NCBI GenBank assembly: GCA_964016885.1
Contig: OZ024761.1
Location: forward strand, 30,690,001 to 30,754,000
Direction of reading: 5' to 3'
DNA: 64,000 bases
DNA from: Eledone cirrhosa
Taxonomy: Eukaryota
The notes under the pieces: generated by a model
Told to the model about the DNA's origin: nothing
The model's input: only the letters and a program-made list of their open reading frames with translations
Database searches by the model: none
Program-made: the position numbers and the translations under genes
In this document: piece by piece, positions 17,809 through 32,789 of the stretch
How positions within the stretch are numbered: position 1 is the first letter of the stretch
Layout of the letters: each line of letters opens with the position of its first letter

Positions 17809-18150
17809 CAAACCCCTCGTCTGGGATGCCACTTTCTCCAGCCGCAACCTGGTGCAGTCTGCGACTAACCCAGGTTCTGCTGCACGTCGGGCTGAGGGGG
17901 GCCAAACTCTCCAAATACCGGTCGCTCTTCGACACGTTTGCGGTCGTACCCTTGGCAGTGGAGACTTCTGGTGTGTCCTCGGCCCTAGAGCTACCTCCCT
18001 ACTCGCCACCATAGGCGCTGAGCTGGCCAGCCGCAGGTGTGAAGCTTCGCGAATTGGAATGGCTCTTCCAGCGCGTCTCCCTTGCCGTCCGCCGGGGAAA
18101 CGCCGTCTCCATTCTGTCCGTCGGGGCTGTGGGGAGGGGGCATCAATATG
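17808..18150 (+). pseudogene. 3' fragment of CRE-type (RLE endonuclease) non-LTR element
   Basis: Near-colinear with 57555-57885 (AARRAE..KLSKY...FAVVPLAVETSG). Confidence 0.75.
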
Positions 18151-18311
18151 ATTGACTGACTTGTCATTTTATCAGTCAACGTGAACACATAGATATAGGT
18201 ACTTAGCGTGAATTTACTTCTGCCTTTGTATCACCTTTCTTTAAGTCCATCAGTATTTTACATTTTGCTTGATTTGAATGTTATTATGAAATGTTATTAT
18301 AGTGAAGCACA

Positions 18312-18680
18312 GAGTTACGGCCCTTGCCATTCTGAGTTCAAATCCCGTCGAGGTTAACTTTGCCTTTCATCCTTACGGGGTCGATAAAATAAAGTACCAG
18401 TAATGTACTGGTTAATTGCTAGCCTTGTGCCTAAAGTAGAAACAATTATTTTTTGTTTTAATAATATAATACATATCATCATTAATTGGTGGATTGGCAG
18501 TATCGGAGGAGGGTTTGACGCCATGCTTTCCAGCATAGTTACGTCCCTTTACGATCTGAGTTCAAATGTTCAAATCCCGCCGAGGTTAACTTTGCCTTTC
18601 ATCCATACGGGGTCGATAAAATAAAGTACCAGTAATGCACTGGGTAATTGCTGGCCTTGTGCCAAAAGTAGAAACAGTTA
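18312..18680 (+). mobile_element. tandem dimer of SINE S1, inverted relative to 17410-17808
   Basis: Shares the same spacer (AATAATATAATACATATCATCATTAATTGGTGG) in reverse complement. Confidence 0.8.
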
Positions 18681-18831
18681 TTTTATATATGTGAAACTGT
18701 ATTCTTTTTCTTCTCCCCTTTCCTCTACTTCACTCCAACAGTAATACCAAAACAACAAGAAATAACAGAAATATATAGGACGGATGTGTCTTTAGGTAAT
18801 CAAACTAACATTCCACCTCCCGTTCCATTTT

Positions 18832-18873
<42 letters not shown>

Positions 18874-18923
18874 TATACATACATACATATATACACACAC
18901 TCACACATATATATCTATATCCA

Positions 18924-18985
<62 letters not shown>

Positions 18986-19051
18986 TGGATATAGATATAT
19001 ATGTGAGTGTGTGTGTGTAAATATGTATGTATGTATATATATGTATATATA

Positions 19052-19089
<38 letters not shown>

Positions 19090-19162
19090 CACACACACAC
19101 TCACACATATATATCTATATCCATCTCTCTCTCTATATATATATTATAGTTAATATAGAGAG

Positions 19163-19334
<172 letters not shown>

Positions 19335-19358
19335 ACTACAATAAAACTCACCTCCTAC

Positions 19359-19424
<66 letters not shown>

Positions 19425-19477
19425 TGGATATAGATATATATGTGTGAGTGTGTGTGTGTGTATATATATGTATGTAT

Positions 19478-20088
19478 GTCAGGTCACCACTTGGTGCTAC
19501 TGGTAACATGTATTCCAGTACAACTTGTCCCATGGTCGGGTCGTTGGTGACTAAACTGGCAACCCCACCAAGGTTTATTGGTGAGGAGGGTGACTTTGGA
19601 CATCCTGCAGGACTAAAAACAAAACCTGTCAAAGGGCAAAGGAGCTCTTAAGAGTCGATGGTCATCCAAAATCACCGGGAGAGATGACCCCTTAGCCTTT
19701 GTCAAGGCAGAATTCTAGGAGAAGGAAAACTCTGATATAACACCTGCAACTCTGATGGTATACAATGATGTTGACTTGATCTTCTTTTTGGTAAATATCA
19801 TCTTGGTTAAGAGAGTGGGACTGGCTTTGTGCAGTGCCTTTGCTCACTATAAAAGCTTCACGGCACAGGCATTGCTTTATATTTGTAGATCTCTCTGCAC
19901 TTGTCGTCACATGGTACCATGGATCCAGCACTATGTGTCAATAATTGTCACAAGTGTAGTGTTTGTACCAGAGTTTTCAAGTCGCTGGCTGGACTAAAAA
20001 GTCACACTCGTTCAGCGCATCGGTAGGGGTTCTCCTACATGGATATAAAGTAGTGGCCGTACTCGAAAACGAGTTGGCAGCCACCATG
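19478..20088 (+). mobile_element. ~610-bp non-autonomous RTE-related retroposon (family R1), copy 1
   Basis: Three highly similar copies in the window. RTE-5'UTR-like CTAGGAGAAGGAAAACTCTGAT and a 3' hairpin ACTCG-AAAA-CGAGT. The third copy has an (ATGT)n tail. Confidence 0.7.
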
Positions 20089-20097
20089 TATATATAT

Positions 20098-21675
20098 AGT
20101 AAAAAATGGAACGGGAACAAAACAGAGAGGCAGTACGAACAAAGGTTTATTAGTTTCACGCTCTTGAGAGTGGGGTGGTGGTGGGGAACGACGTTTCGGG
20201 CATAAGCCCTTCTTCAGGCGAAAAGTGTGTGGGAAGAGAATTCCAAGGGTGTGTAGGGGAGTAGGGGAGAGACATTTAGAAGGGGGGTGGAAGGGGTACA
20301 AATGAAAATAAATATAAAAAAATAATAAAAATAAAAATAAACATGAAGATAAACAAGTGGTGGAAGGGTGTGGGGCGTGTAGGGGTGGTGGCGGGTTGAG
20401 TGGGGAGAGGGGGGCGGGGTGTGTGTGTAGGTGTACGTGTGTGTGTGTGTGTGTGTGTATGTGAATGTGAGAGTTGGGGGAAGAACGAGGTTCCATGTTC
20501 AGGAAAAGGTGTGTGGGGTGGGGTGGGGTGTAGGTCGGTGTGTGTGTGTGCGCGTGTGGATGGGGAGGGGGGGGGGGGATTCCGGTAGCTGAGTGTGTAA
20601 ATATGTGGGGGTACGCACGTGTGTGTGGTGTTTATACGTATTGTGGATGTAGGTGGCGTGTGGGAAAAAAAATGTTTGTGAGTGTATGTCCGTGGGTAAG
20701 TTCCTAATGTAGTTCCGTAGAGGGTGTGGTGGCGCGATGTCCAATGTGTGTAATCCGTGGTTGGGTTGGTCGGAAGAGGGGAGATGTGGGGTGCGCGCGC
20801 AACAGGAAGTGGTCAGAGGTTCAAGACAGAAGGAGGGTAGAGGAGAAGGACAGGTGGAGAGGGCTGTGTGTCTGTATGTGCGGAGAGGTGGTCAGAGGGT
20901 CAGGGCATAGCAGCAGTAGAGGAGAATGGCAGGTGGAGAAAGTCGGTGTGTCAGTGTGTGCGGAGGTGCGGTGGACAGGGAAGAGGATGGATAGGTGTGA
21001 AAGGTGGAGTAGGAGGGGGTGTGGATTAGTAGAGGTGTTAGTGGGATGTGTGTGTGTGTGAAGGGGTGTGGGTGGAGCGGGGAGAGGGAGAGAAAGATGT
21101 GGGGGAGGTGGAGGGAGTGTAGTGTACTGGTGTGTGTGTGCGTGATAGGGAGAGGGGAGGGGGAAGGGAGAAAGGATGTTAGTATTGTTAGTTGTGGGGT
21201 GGGCGGTGAAAAGGAGGAGTGTATTAGTGGTGTTAAGGGGGGGGGGGGGGGGCAGTCGAAGGCTAACGGAATAAGGTTGGGGAATTTGGGCCGGGGGGAG
21301 TGTGGGTCTGTAGGGTGAAGATGGTGCGTTGTTCGACCCTGAGGAGGGTGGCGGGTGTTCCGTGGCATTGGAGTAGACCACAGACTGTGAGGTGGTGCGC
21401 GGAATGTCCAGGGGAGCCAAAGTGGCGGGCGATGGGGGAACTACCGCCGAGACGAATATCCCGGAGGTGTTCGGTAGAACGGTCCGCCAGGCGACGTCCA
21501 GTCTGTCGGACGTAGGTTGCGCTACACTCCGTGCAGCGAAGTCCATAGACTAGGTTGGAGGAGGTGCAGCGGAAGGCGTGCCGGACAGAGAGAGTGGCCG
21601 TTGGTGGTGGTGTTGGTGATGTGGGGACAGGTGTTGTAACGAGGCCTGGAACAGGCAAGCGAACCGGGGGGGTAT
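20098..21675 (-). mobile_element. 5'-truncated Penelope-like element (family P2): GIY-YIG domain, long CA/CT-rich 3' UTR, hammerhead
   Basis: ORF 21263-21772 contains FRCTSSNLVYGLRCTECSATYVRQTGRRLADRSTEH...ARHF..PGH...EQRTIFTLQT, a PLE GIY-YIG with CCHH. AATAAA near the 3' end. Confidence 0.85.
20185..20222 (-). ncRNA. type I minimal hammerhead ribozyme in P2
   Basis: Minus strand reads CTGAAGA-A-GGGC ttat GCCC-GAAACGTC. Intact core, GUC site and palindromic ACGT stem III, but stem I is only ~2 bp. Confidence 0.7.
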
Positions 21676-21684
21676 ATGTGTGTG

Positions 21685-21719
<35 letters not shown>

Positions 21720-21722
<3 letters not shown>

Positions 21723-23790
21723 GAATATAAAATGAAAGTGCTTTTATAAAGGAATTTATTAGGTATTGACATATGTTTCTGTAACAGACGGAATACCTAT
21801 GTATCGCTGCTTGCATAATCATATAATGTTAGCAAGTATTCGATAGCAAATTTATAATCAGTTGTCACTTCTTCAAAGATATTAGATAAATTGGAAAAAA
21901 TCAGAAAAATTGAAGTATTTATATTAGTTGTAAGAAAGGAAGAAGAGAGGGGATAGTATATGACAGATGGCAATTCAATTTACTGGTAAACAAGTATATA
22001 AAAGGTTTCTAATGAGAATACAATGAGTATATGGTTTATTTTATCTAAATAAGAATTTTAGGGAGTGCCTATTTTAATCTATACTTGACCAATTGAACAA
22101 TGGACAGGGCTGGTCGTTTGGTGTAGTAGTATTAATAGATATAAAGTGTCAATTAAGGAAGAGGGAGATTTTCACGGCTACTGAATAACAACAATGCTGG
22201 TAGCCTGCTGGTATATGCATTAGGGAATTGAATTAAGAAATTTCATTTTATCTATAGCAGTTTATATTAAATGGTAAAGAATAGAAGAGTTGATAGAATT
22301 AATTAAGACTAATAGAGAATGTTAATATGTATTTTGACAATCAAACGGAGATGGAGACAGGCGTTCAATCCTGGTAGTGTTTGTAATATGAAGATGTAGA
22401 TTTCAAGCGATGGTTACAGTATAACGATCGTTCGATTCTGTTATTTAATAAAATATTTTTGGATTTCATAATACAAAATAATTCCATATTACACAATTTA
22501 CAAAATTCCTGTCCGTGGGATATGGAGGGATCACTATTATATCCCATTTTAGGTTAAATTGTTGGTTATTTTCGCGCAGCTGCCAAGCCTTGTCTGCGAG
22601 TGTTGTTACATAACGCTGGTTATCATGTTTTATCGAGTAACGATGTCTATAAAGGCGAGATTTGAAGGAGGTAGCTGTAGATCCCACATAGTACCACTTC
22701 TGGCTATCCGATTCGATAGTACATTTGTATATGATGTTGCGTTCAAGACACTGATTGTTCAACGGACACATTCCTGGTTGGACACAGTTGCAATTATAAT
22801 TTTGCGTTGTTGTATTGGCATGGATGGGTTGATGAGGTTGCTTAGGTAGGACGGGATGTTGTTTGTTGTTTTGTGATGTTATAGCCGATGTTTTACGTGT
22901 ATTGTTATGTGTTGGAAGGCGTTTATACAACCGTTTTGCGTTAAGCTTTTTTATATGTTGTTCAATATTAGGGGCGGTTGAATATGAAAGTCGAATAGTG
23001 TTAGGGTTTAAGATTTTATTATATTTATGTGATGCTGGAAAGTGTTTTTTAACTAATCGAAAGAATTGTTAGGGTAGATTGGTTTTAATAGAGTTGTTAT
23101 AGACCGGGTTGTACCATATATACTCTTTACATCGCCTTCTGTTTGGTGGTGTGCGACTATTAGTGTGTCTATTGCGGTAGTGTATGTATGGTGGTGATTC
23201 TATGCTATTTCTATTTTGGGTGTTTTGGTGATCGTCGACTATATACTCTAAATTATCTAGGTGTCCAGCCTTCCTAAGTGCATCATCATAATATTCGGCA
23301 TGTTCTTTGAAGGTTTGCTGGTTGGACGACAGGCGGGAGATTCTAAGGGAAATATTTCTAGGGATGGATTTAATTATAGAGGGTGGATGGTTAGAACCCG
23401 TATTTACATATTTAAGGTTCTCGTTTAGCTTATGGAACGGTTTAATCGTTTCTGTATTGAGATTCAAAGTAACATCAAGGAAATTAACCTTTTTGAGGTT
23501 ATATTCAAATGTAATATTTAATCCTAGTTCCTTAAAAAGCTTTCTGATATTTTTACGCATCCTTTCTAAATTCTGGTTATTCATATGCTTAACTAATAGG
23601 AGCGCATCGTCACGGTAGATTCCACCGTGGAGATCCTTGAATTTTCCTTGTAGTCTGTGGGTGATATAAATTCCCACAAGATCAGTTACTTCCGCCGAAT
23701 CATTGGAACTCATAGTAATCAAAATTAGAAGGTCTATCTTTGCGAACCCAGTAGCTATCATCAAATTTAACAATCGTTTTCCTCGCTTCC
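21720..23790 (-). mobile_element. 5'-truncated Penelope-like element (family P3, Naiad-like): RT + CxCx5C linker + GIY-YIG, inactivated
   Basis: SSNDSAEVTDLVG...GIYRDD...VNFLDVTL...SNHPP, then NCNCVQPGMCPL..CLERNIIYKC...YYVGST and CKLCNME...LLNNR. One in-frame TAA at 23069-23071, one frameshift near 22535, stop at 22365. Confidence 0.9.
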
Positions 23791-23802
23791 ATAATAATAT
23801 TA

Positions 23803-23916
<114 letters not shown>

Positions 23917-24162
23917 GTATATATTAAAGTGTTAAACGATATTCAATGATTATGTCAAAGAATGAGTTTTACAGTAGATTGGAACCACTCTACGGAAATT
24001 ATTTTCCGGAGTTTTTAATATTATATATGTATATATGTATGCATGTATACATACATACATATGTATGTATGTATACATAGAATTAATTAATTATTATTAA
24101 TAATGGTATATCGTGCAATGGCCATACTCGATATCTACAGGGCAGCCATCATGTATGTATGT

Positions 24163-24731
<569 letters not shown>

Positions 24732-24733
24732 GC

Positions 24734-24849
<116 letters not shown>

Positions 24850-24980
24850 TCTCTCTCTCTTTATTTCTTCCGAAATGTTTCCGATGACAACTAAATTTAA
24901 CTTATCTCTGTCCTGCACATCTTGTACCACTTGATGAGAAGCCATCATGTGAATGTCTACATACACGTATGTAGAGAGTG

Positions 24981-25038
<58 letters not shown>

Positions 25039-25270
25039 GTCGTCGTCGTCGTCGTCGTCGTGGTCGTCGTGGTCGTCGTCGTCGTTTAATGTCCATGTTT
25101 CCACGCTAACATGTTGTAGATGAAGTGTCACGTTGTGAGAGAAGTCAGGTTAGATGACCGTGTCTTGCTCACCATAGAACTGTTTCCGGCTTGCTTTCTA
25201 CGACTTGATGCCCTTCCTAACGTCAACCACATTTACAGTGTGGACTGGGCGCCTTTTTTGGCGGCACCAA
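24981..25270 (-). mobile_element. 3' UTR fragment of RTE LINE with (GAT)n tail
   Basis: Similar in reverse complement to 55030-55238. Further copies at ~42949-43200 and ~44080-44230. Confidence 0.65.
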
Positions 25271-25368
25271 TCTCTCTCTCTCTGTATATATATATATATA
25301 TATTTGTATATATATATATATATATATTTGTGTGTGCCTGTTTCTGTGTTTGTGCGTCTATATAGATA

Positions 25369-25418
<50 letters not shown>

Positions 25419-25611
25419 ACGGCCCTGATAAAAGATATAGAGCCACGCTACTGCTGCATGTGAAATGTGTCCTTAATCAAAAAATGTCTGCACAAACCAT
25501 CCTTTGCCCGTTTCCCTAAATTTCTGGCAATGTAAAGCATTTCCTTCGATAGTTGTTCTCGCATATTTCAAATGTTTTTCAAAGAGGCTGGTTTAAATGC
25601 TAAAGGGTTAA

Positions 25612-25836
25612 CTCTTTAGTATTTAAACTAGCCATATCCAGCCAGAACTCTCTCTCCTCTTTCTGTTCAAACCGGCTGTAACCGGCCACTCATACTGATG
25701 TTAAGGTATTGTTCCCCAAATAAATAACATCAAAATCTCGTAGATTCGATATTATGTGAAATAATTTGTGATATGAAGTAAAGCCTTTACCACAACAATA
25801 CAATAGTAAATATAGAGTAATGTAGTTAGTAAAGGG
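25612..25836. mobile_element. piggyBac-like MITE (family M1)
   Basis: TTAA-C(C/T)CTTTAG...TAAAGGG-TTAA termini. Homologous to 47430-47650 and 44234-45507. Confidence 0.75.
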
Positions 25837-25948
25837 TTAAACCACTGCAGGGGTTCGTGTTGAAGTGACTTTCCCCATACAGACTCACCAAGAAGCATCT
25901 GCTTCGAAATCTTATGGCCATTTATTCGTACAAGGTGTCCGTCCCATC

Positions 25949-26129
25949 CAGTGTCGGATTTAGGACAAACGTGGTGGTTAAGTTATGAGGGCCCCTTATT
26001 AACGTTTGACATATGAAAAATTCATCATTAAAAAATTGTGGGGGCAGAAAGATGCCCCCCGCACCCCGCCCCTGGCCAACGGTGCCCTGTGCTTAAGCAC
26101 ACCTTAGCACAATGGTAAATCCTGTACTG
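25949..26129. mobile_element. hAT-like MITE, 181 bp
   Basis: TIRs CAGTGTCGGATTTA / TAAATCCTGTACTG. The 8-bp flanks GTCCCATC / GTCCTGTC match at 6 of 8 positions. Confidence 0.6.
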
Positions 26130-26442
26130 GTCCTGTCCAAATGTAAAACAACTCTTTGTCTACCATTGCCTTAATACGCAACATGTTAATATATAATGAT
26201 ACACAACCTAGACACAAGGCCTGCAATCGCTTGTAATTTTTGGGGAGAGGAGGGGGGGGGGGGGGGTCGATTATATTGACACCAGTATTTGACTGGTACT
26301 ACTTCATTTTATCGACCCCCGGAAGAATAAATGCAAAAGATGAAGGAAAGAAGGAAGTAAAAATAGGTCAATAGACAGACCTGAAATCTTGCAACCTTTG
26401 TAAGCCTCGTGGCTGGAAAGACCTTAAGGATGTAGATGCTTT

Positions 26443-26511
<69 letters not shown>

Positions 26512-26517
26512 TGTATG

Positions 26518-26607
<90 letters not shown>

Positions 26608-26634
26608 ATATATATATATATACTACGGAACTAG

Positions 26635-26687
<53 letters not shown>

Positions 26688-26691
<4 letters not shown>

Positions 26692-26976
26692 GGAGGTGAG
26701 TTTTATTGTAGTACAATAAAGCAATGCAGATATCGGATAAGAAGCACTCTACAGTTTGTAGGACTGGAGTATACATAATATATAAGAACAAAAGATGGTT
26801 AAAAGAGTTCCATGTATTTTATTATGCGCATTTCAAAAACAAATATCATCATGCAATAATATTTGTGTTTTCATCAGATAAAATAGATGAAAACACAAAT
26901 ATTATTGCATGATGATATTTGTTTTTGAAATGCGCATAATAAAATACATGGGACTCTTTTAACCATCTTTTGTTCT

Positions 26977-26985
<9 letters not shown>
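26688..26985. mobile_element. fold-back Penelope-type 3' end (family F2)
   Basis: 26776-26875 is inverted at 26886-26985, with a unique tail at 26688-26775. Tail fragments also at ~19327-19360 and ~30240-30345. Confidence 0.8.
26815..26885 (-). ncRNA. complete type I hammerhead ribozyme
   Basis: TATTTTAT-CTGATGA-long stem II-GAAA-TGCGC-ATA-ATAAAATA. 8-bp stem I, palindromic ATGCGCAT stem III, AUA site. Confidence 0.8.
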
Positions 26986-27026
<41 letters not shown>

Positions 27027-27040
27027 CGGAACTAGCTGTA

Positions 27041-27097
<57 letters not shown>

Positions 27098-27101
<4 letters not shown>

Positions 27102-27702
27102 GCTGCCAACTCGTTTTCGAGTACGGCCACTACTTTATATCCATGTAGGAGGACCCCTACCGATGCGCTGAACGAGTGTGACTTTTCAGTCCGGCCAGCG
27201 ACTTGAAAACCCCGGTACAAACACTACACATGTGACAATTATTGACACATAGTGCTGGGCCCATGGTACCATGTGACGACAAGTGCAGAGAGATCTCCAG
27301 ATATAAAGCAATGCCTGTGCCGTGAAGTTTTTATAGTGAGCAAAGGCACTGCACAAAGCCAGTCCCACTCTCTTAACCAAGATGATATTTACCAAAAAGA
27401 AGAACAAGTCAACATCATTGGATATCATCAGGGTTGCAGGTGTGATATCAGAGTTTTCCTTCTCCTAGAATTCTGCCTTGACAAAGGCTAAGGGGTCATC
27501 TCTCCCGGTGATTTTGGATGGCCATTGACTCTTAAGAGCTCCTTTGCCCTTTGACAGGTTTTGTTTTTAGTCCTGCAGGATGTCCAAAGTCACCCTCCTC
27601 ACCAAGAAACCTTGGTGGGGTTGCCAGTTTAGTCGCCAACGACCCGACCATGGGACAGGTTGTACTGGGATACATGTTACCAGTAGCACCAACTGGTGAC
27701 CT

Positions 27703-27706
<4 letters not shown>
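27098..27706 (-). mobile_element. RTE-related retroposon R1, copy 2
   Basis: Reverse complement of 19478-20088. Confidence 0.75.
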
Positions 27707-27785
<79 letters not shown>

Positions 27786-28013
27786 TATATATATTACGGA
27801 AGTAGCTGTATATATATATATATATATATATGCACAGAAAAAGAAGGACAGATGGAGTGAGAGAGATACAGACGGAATGGAAGGCAGTGAGGCAGGCAAA
27901 GTGATATTTAAACAGAGATCATCACATGCTACTGAAGTGGTGCCAGATGTGGTGACTTCAGATAAAATGTCGGTTAAGGGTTCATGGGATGGACGGCGGA
28001 AACAATGAGAGAA

Positions 28014-28104
<91 letters not shown>

Positions 28105-28198
28105 GAGGAGACTTGGATTATCGTTTGTGTTGTGGGGGTGGCGAGTTGTGTCTGTACACACACACACATACACATACACATACACATAATTATATAAT

Positions 28199-28288
<90 letters not shown>

Positions 28289-28355
28289 GTATATATATAT
28301 ATGTATATATATATGTATATATATATAAGTATATATATATGTATATATATATATG

Positions 28356-28528
<173 letters not shown>

Positions 28529-28648
28529 GTGTTAATATATATATATATATATATATATAGGAAAAACTATGACCCCGACGGCAGAGCTCAAGCCGTTTCG
28601 ACGGCTATTTCTGGTCTACATTTATATATATATATATAAATGTATATA

Positions 28649-28719
<71 letters not shown>

Positions 28720-29389
28720 CATATACAAAATCAATGAGGGGTAGATCCTAGTAAAGTAATCTAAAATAAGAACACTACACAAGCAACTTACCTTAGGGAT
28801 AGAGTCTTAATTAAGTACCGTAAAACTAGGTTGTTCAGAAATTGGTATGGTATTGTCACGTAATTCCAGAAGTGGTTGTACGGTCGCCGTATTGACATAT
28901 AGTGTTTCTTGGACATTTTTTAACCTTCCTGAGCCCATCTTTCCTCAGGCCGCAATACAGCAGATTTCTCCAAGAAAAAGATAGAAAGTGAGAAAGAAAT
29001 ATAGAGGAAGAATCGACCCCAACACATAGAAGAAAAAAAATACATTTATATAAGACAAATAGACAACTACACCTGTATCTCGTCAGCCACCAAGCTAACA
29101 TGCAATTTCGTGCGTTGGGGTGGTATTGCGCTTGTAATTCCTTTTTGTACAACAGATTAAAGAGTAACTCTGTTGGTATGATGCATGCAAGAATAGATAC
29201 AAACATTTACGTCTTAACAGAGTTAAATATATAGAAATATTTTGACTAGAAATAACCAGACAACAAACAGATCTTCATGAAAAGGATATTGTTGGGTGGT
29301 GGAGCTTAAGAAAATTCTGAGACTCCCCAGCTTGTACTGACAGCATTTTGAGACATTGTGTACCTAGATGACACCATAGTTACTGTACT

Positions 29390-29568
<179 letters not shown>

Positions 29569-29620
29569 TACATACATACATACATACATACATACATACA
29601 TACATACATACATACATACA

Positions 29621-30163
29621 TGGTGGCTGCCAACTCGTTTTCGAGTACGGCCACTACTTTATATCCATGTAGGAGAACCCCTACCGATGTGACTTTTTAG
29701 TCCAGCCAGCGACTTGAAAACTCTGGTACAAACACTACACTTGCGACAATTATTGACGCATAGTGCTGGGCCCATGGTACCATGTGACGACAAGTGCAGA
29801 GAGATCTCCAGATATAAAGCAATGCCTGTGCCGTGAAGCTTTTATAGTGAGCAAAGGCACTGCACAAAGCCAGTCCCACTCTCTTAACCAAGATGATATT
29901 TACCAAAAAGAAGAACAAGTCAACATCATTGGATACCATCAGGGTTGCAGGTGTTATATCAGAGTTTTCCTTCTCCTAGAATTCTGCCTTGACAAAGGCT
30001 AAGGGGTCATCTCTCCCGGTGATTTTGGATGACCATTGACACTTAAGAGCTCCTTTGGCCTTTGACAGGTTTTGTTTTTAGTCCTGCAGGATGTCCAAAG
30101 TCACCATCCTCACCAAGAAACCTTGGTGGGGTTGCCAGTTTAGTCGCCAACGACCCGACCATG
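29621..30163 (-). mobile_element. RTE-related retroposon R1, copy 3 (5' truncated, (ATGT)n tail)
   Basis: Reverse complement of 19530-20088, adjoining (CATA)n and (CA)n at 29392-29620. Confidence 0.75.
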
Positions 30164-30525
30164 AGACATACATACATACATACATACATACATACATACA
30201 TACATACATACATACATACAATATATATTTATATATATATGTAGGAGGTGAGTTTTACTGTAGCACAATAAAGCAATGCAAATATCGAATAAGTAGCACT
30301 CTACAGTTTGTAGGACTGGAGTATAAATAATATAAGATCAAAGATGTGTGTATGTGTGTGTGTGTGTATATTTATAGTTGCTTGAAGCAAATTTCTACAA
30401 ATTTCATACTATATATATATATATATATATGTGTGTGTATATATGTATATATGTATATATACTACTATACCACAATTCTTCCCACGGATTCAGTACTTCC
30501 CAACCTTTGTTGTTCATTATCAATT

Positions 30526-30628
<103 letters not shown>

Positions 30629-30693
30629 TCTCCTCTTTCTCCGGTCTATATATATAAATAATGTATGTATGTACATGTGTATCTATCTATCTA

Positions 30694-30726
<33 letters not shown>

Positions 30727-30990
30727 CTATATATACATGTGTGTGTATGTATACATGAGTGTGTATTAGTGTATGTTTCTGTGTATGTATGTGTATATGT
30801 GTGTATAAATGTGTGTATATATATATATGTATTTATATGTATGTACCTGATGTCATCATTATTTAACACTAACACATTTTGTTGCAACTGTAATGACAGT
30901 GTTATCCGGTAGAGTGACATTTGATGTGTCCTATAACCCTCCATCAACAAACTAACCTCAATGTTGTCCCTTCACATCTCTCTCTCTCTC

Positions 30991-31038
<48 letters not shown>

Positions 31039-31130
31039 GACACACACACACACATATATACATACATATATACATATATATATGTGTGTGTGTGTGTGTA
31101 TATATAATATACACACACACACATATATAT

Positions 31131-31414
<284 letters not shown>

Positions 31415-31827
31415 TATATATATATATAAATGAGAGGTATAGAGATTGTTTTAGCAAGAAGCTAACGGCATTCTATAACATATATGCGACTATAACGTCA
31501 AGATGGGAAAAGTAGTTAACGTAGGATTTAGGAAAAATAATTCAAACTCATCTCAAAAGAGAATCAGGATATAAATTCATCCACAGAATTTAGTAAAATC
31601 CAGGGAAAAATCAATAGACCTTTAACTCATGATAAAATAAAGTTTAAAACACTTATCCTTCAATTTGGAATAACATCAAATGCTCTGTATAGTCTTATAT
31701 ATGCCCTCTTATTTTTCTCTCTAACAACCTCTGTCTGTCTATCTAGTTCTCACCATCTCTCTCTCTCTCTCATATATATATATACAGACACACACACACA
31801 CATATATACATACATATATATATATAC

Positions 31828-31900
<73 letters not shown>

Positions 31901-32172
31901 ATATACACACACACACATATATATATACATACACACACACATATATATATATGCCCTCTTATTTCTCTCTAACAACCTCTGTCTGTCTATCTAGTTCTCA
32001 CCATCTCTCTCTTTCTCTCTCTCACTCTCACTCTCTCTCTCTCTCTCTGTATATATATACATATATAGCTGTTAGCTAATATCAGGTGACGGGTTTACCC
32101 TCATAAGAGGAAAATGTAACATCAATTATTTTTCGCTCGTGATCTATCATCTCCCGTCGCTAGTGACAGCGT

Positions 32173-32256
<84 letters not shown>

Positions 32257-32311
32257 CTGCCCTCTTTGGATTTTAGTCTTCAAATTTATTATTATTACTA
32301 TATATATATAT

Positions 32312-32620
32312 ATTGTTGTACTTTGGGAGGGTCATGTTGCCAATAAGAAACACACGCATCAGTTGCTTTCACTTCAATTTATTATAATAAATTTATAATA
32401 AATTTATAATAAATTTATAATAAATTTATAAATTTATAAATTTCTGGTTGGTTGGTTGGTTCCACAACCAGATAGTTGTTTATATATTGTCAAAGTTCTT
32501 TCGTCACACACTCTGTGACCTCTTCAGTGACTGGGGATTCCTTTCTTTGTTTTTGTGCCTCTCCTTTGTTCTGTCCTACGCCATTTTGTTTCTGTGTGTG
32601 TGTGTTGTGTGCTCTATCTC
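32312..32620 (-). mobile_element. P1 pLTR fragment with hammerhead at 32489-32531
   Basis: Reverse complement of 52150-52445. Confidence 0.8.
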
Positions 32621-32789
32621 CCATCCTGCTACCTGTGTAATTTAGCTGAGCAGACTGGTAAAAGTGTAATTACATCCCAGACAACAAAATCTCATAGATT
32701 CGATATGTAAAGGAACGATCGACTTTCATTTAAATCGGACCGAGGAAACAATGTTTCCATTGGTCTTTCCAATTGCTAATATTATCTAT

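Noticed and set aside
19500-19560. HDV-like ribozyme at the 5' end of R1 (CCAGT/ACTGG, TCCCAT loop, CTAA)
   Set aside because: No convincing P1 helix, and three extra bases lie between P2 and P3. It would need a covariance search.
20821-21546. 241-aa Pro/His/Thr-rich ORF
   Set aside because: Alternative frame over the P2 endonuclease and its low-complexity 3' UTR.
21761-21798. Hammerhead in the P3 3' UTR (minus: AGGTATT...GAAAC-ATAT-GTC-AATACCT)
   Set aside because: Stems I and III are present but the CUGANGA core is missing, so at best a deleted relic.
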